From an uncultured Coriobacteriales bacterium (GTDB taxonomy: Bacteria > Actinomycetota > Coriobacteriia > Coriobacteriales > QAMH01): 64,000 nucleotides of DNA. This document shows positions 63,539-64,000 of this stretch, piece by piece (within the stretch, counting starts at the first letter, position 1; each line of letters begins with the position of its first letter). The notes beneath the pieces are model-generated. The model ran no database searches. It was given only the letters and a program-made list of their open reading frames with translations, and was not told the DNA's origin. The position numbers were made by a program, and so were the translations under genes. The DNA lies in the NCBI GenBank assembly GCA_934646835.1, contig CAKUES010000001.1:42090-106089 (forward strand), read 5' to 3'.

Positions 63539-64000
63539 CTACTTCAAAACCCAAGCTGCGCTCTCATCGGCAAACACGTTGCTGGAATAAAGGGCCTTCT
63601 TGGCGCTCTTTTCAAAGTAAACCCAGCCAGAGGTCTTGCCGCCGGGCTTAAGCTCGCCGCTGTTAAGAGCATCGTCAGCAAGGAAAGTCTGACCTGCCAC
63701 GCTGATAACCGCACCGTCCTTGTCCTCGCTATTCCATTCATATACGTTGTAAAAGGCCTTGCTGTCGCCGGTGTTCTTGTACACGACGTGGACTGCGATG
63801 TAGGTGGAGTTCGAGTATTTGGGCGTGACCTTCTTCATCTTGTCAACGGTAACCTTGAGACCGTTGTCGCCAACGTAAGTATCGCCGATGGCGAGCTTGC
63901 TCGCGTCAGCCTTAGTAGCGTCAGCATTGTCACCACCCTTGGCGCTGTCATCCGCCTTGGCCGCGCCATCTGCCGTATCCGTCGACTCGATAGTAGAACC
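63539..64000 (-). CDS. DUF4352-like secreted protein (5' end outside the window)
   Basis: On the minus strand the frame stays open from 63838 to the window edge (…KLAIGDTYVGDNGLKVTVDKMKKVTPKYS…). The pattern YIAVHVVYKNTGDS...GELKPGGKTSGWVYFE is DUF4352-like. Confidence 0.6.
   Translation of the reverse strand, partial: GSTIESTDTADGAAKADDSAKGGDNADATKADASKLAIGDTYVGDNGLKVTVDKMKKVTPKYSNSTYIAVHVVYKNTGDSKAFYNVYEWNSEDKDGAVISVAGQTFLADDALNSGELKPGGKTSGWVYFEKSAKKALYSSNVFADESAAWVLK

Noticed and set aside
1-64000. tRNA, rRNA, tmRNA or other housekeeping RNA genes
   Set aside because: I saw no cloverleaf-compatible sequence (for example the GTTCGAATC T-arm consensus) or rRNA-like conserved stretch while reading. 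This is a visual check only; a tRNAscan/Infernal run would be decisive.

Overview
GC-rich bacterial chromosomal segment. The gene content suggests an anaerobic high-GC Gram-positive, possibly Coriobacteriia/Eggerthellaceae-like, but that is inference only. I support about 50 protein genes and saw no rRNA, tRNA or CRISPR array.

Main blocks:
1. 5.3-18.2 kb: a translationally coupled 10-gene minus-strand operon. A type-II (FecCD/FepC-type) ABC importer with two binding proteins and a PrsA-like lipoprotein is interleaved with a MoxR / DUF58 / DUF4129-like triad and a poly-cysteine DUF2703-like protein. It is transcribed divergently from arsR.
2. 18.6-23.4 kb: arsR, a Tat-less ArrA-type molybdoenzyme, an AhpD-like protein, and radical-SAM ArsS. 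The ArsS reading frame appears to continue through an in-frame TGA (candidate selenocysteine) that has a SECIS-like hairpin downstream.
3. 23.8-33.7 kb: a pyrogallol-hydroxytransferase-like molybdoenzyme (alpha + FeS beta) with a TetR regulator, two SDRs, two VOC proteins, an MFS transporter and a Cys-tailed SlyD-like protein.
4. 36.3-53.0 kb: a second arsenic block.
   - A MIP channel and ArsM as a divergent pair.
   - A Tat-ArrA / ArrB / TorD-like operon extended by a lipoprotein, a cysteine-depleted ArsM paralog and a Cys-rich protein.
   - A second MIP channel and an IS200 element.
   - A NitT/TauT-type ABC importer ending in a paralogous Cys-rich protein.
   - A PLP aldolase-like enzyme.
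5. 53.2-64.0 kb: higBA, an Ntn-amidotransferase + glutamate-cysteine-ligase pair, sbcCD, an unannotated 28-aa hydrophobic peptide gene, an HTH protein and an atypical Ser/Thr kinase, and a partial DUF4352-like gene.

Intergenic DNA is packed with structured repeats:
- Family A: a 150-bp palindromic element, 6 copies.
- Family B: a GCAACC-hairpin REP-like element, 11 copies, mostly in inverted pairs, with compensatory stem changes.
- Family C: a small hairpin, 3 copies.

Many long ORFs in the track are antisense artefacts of high GC and were not called.
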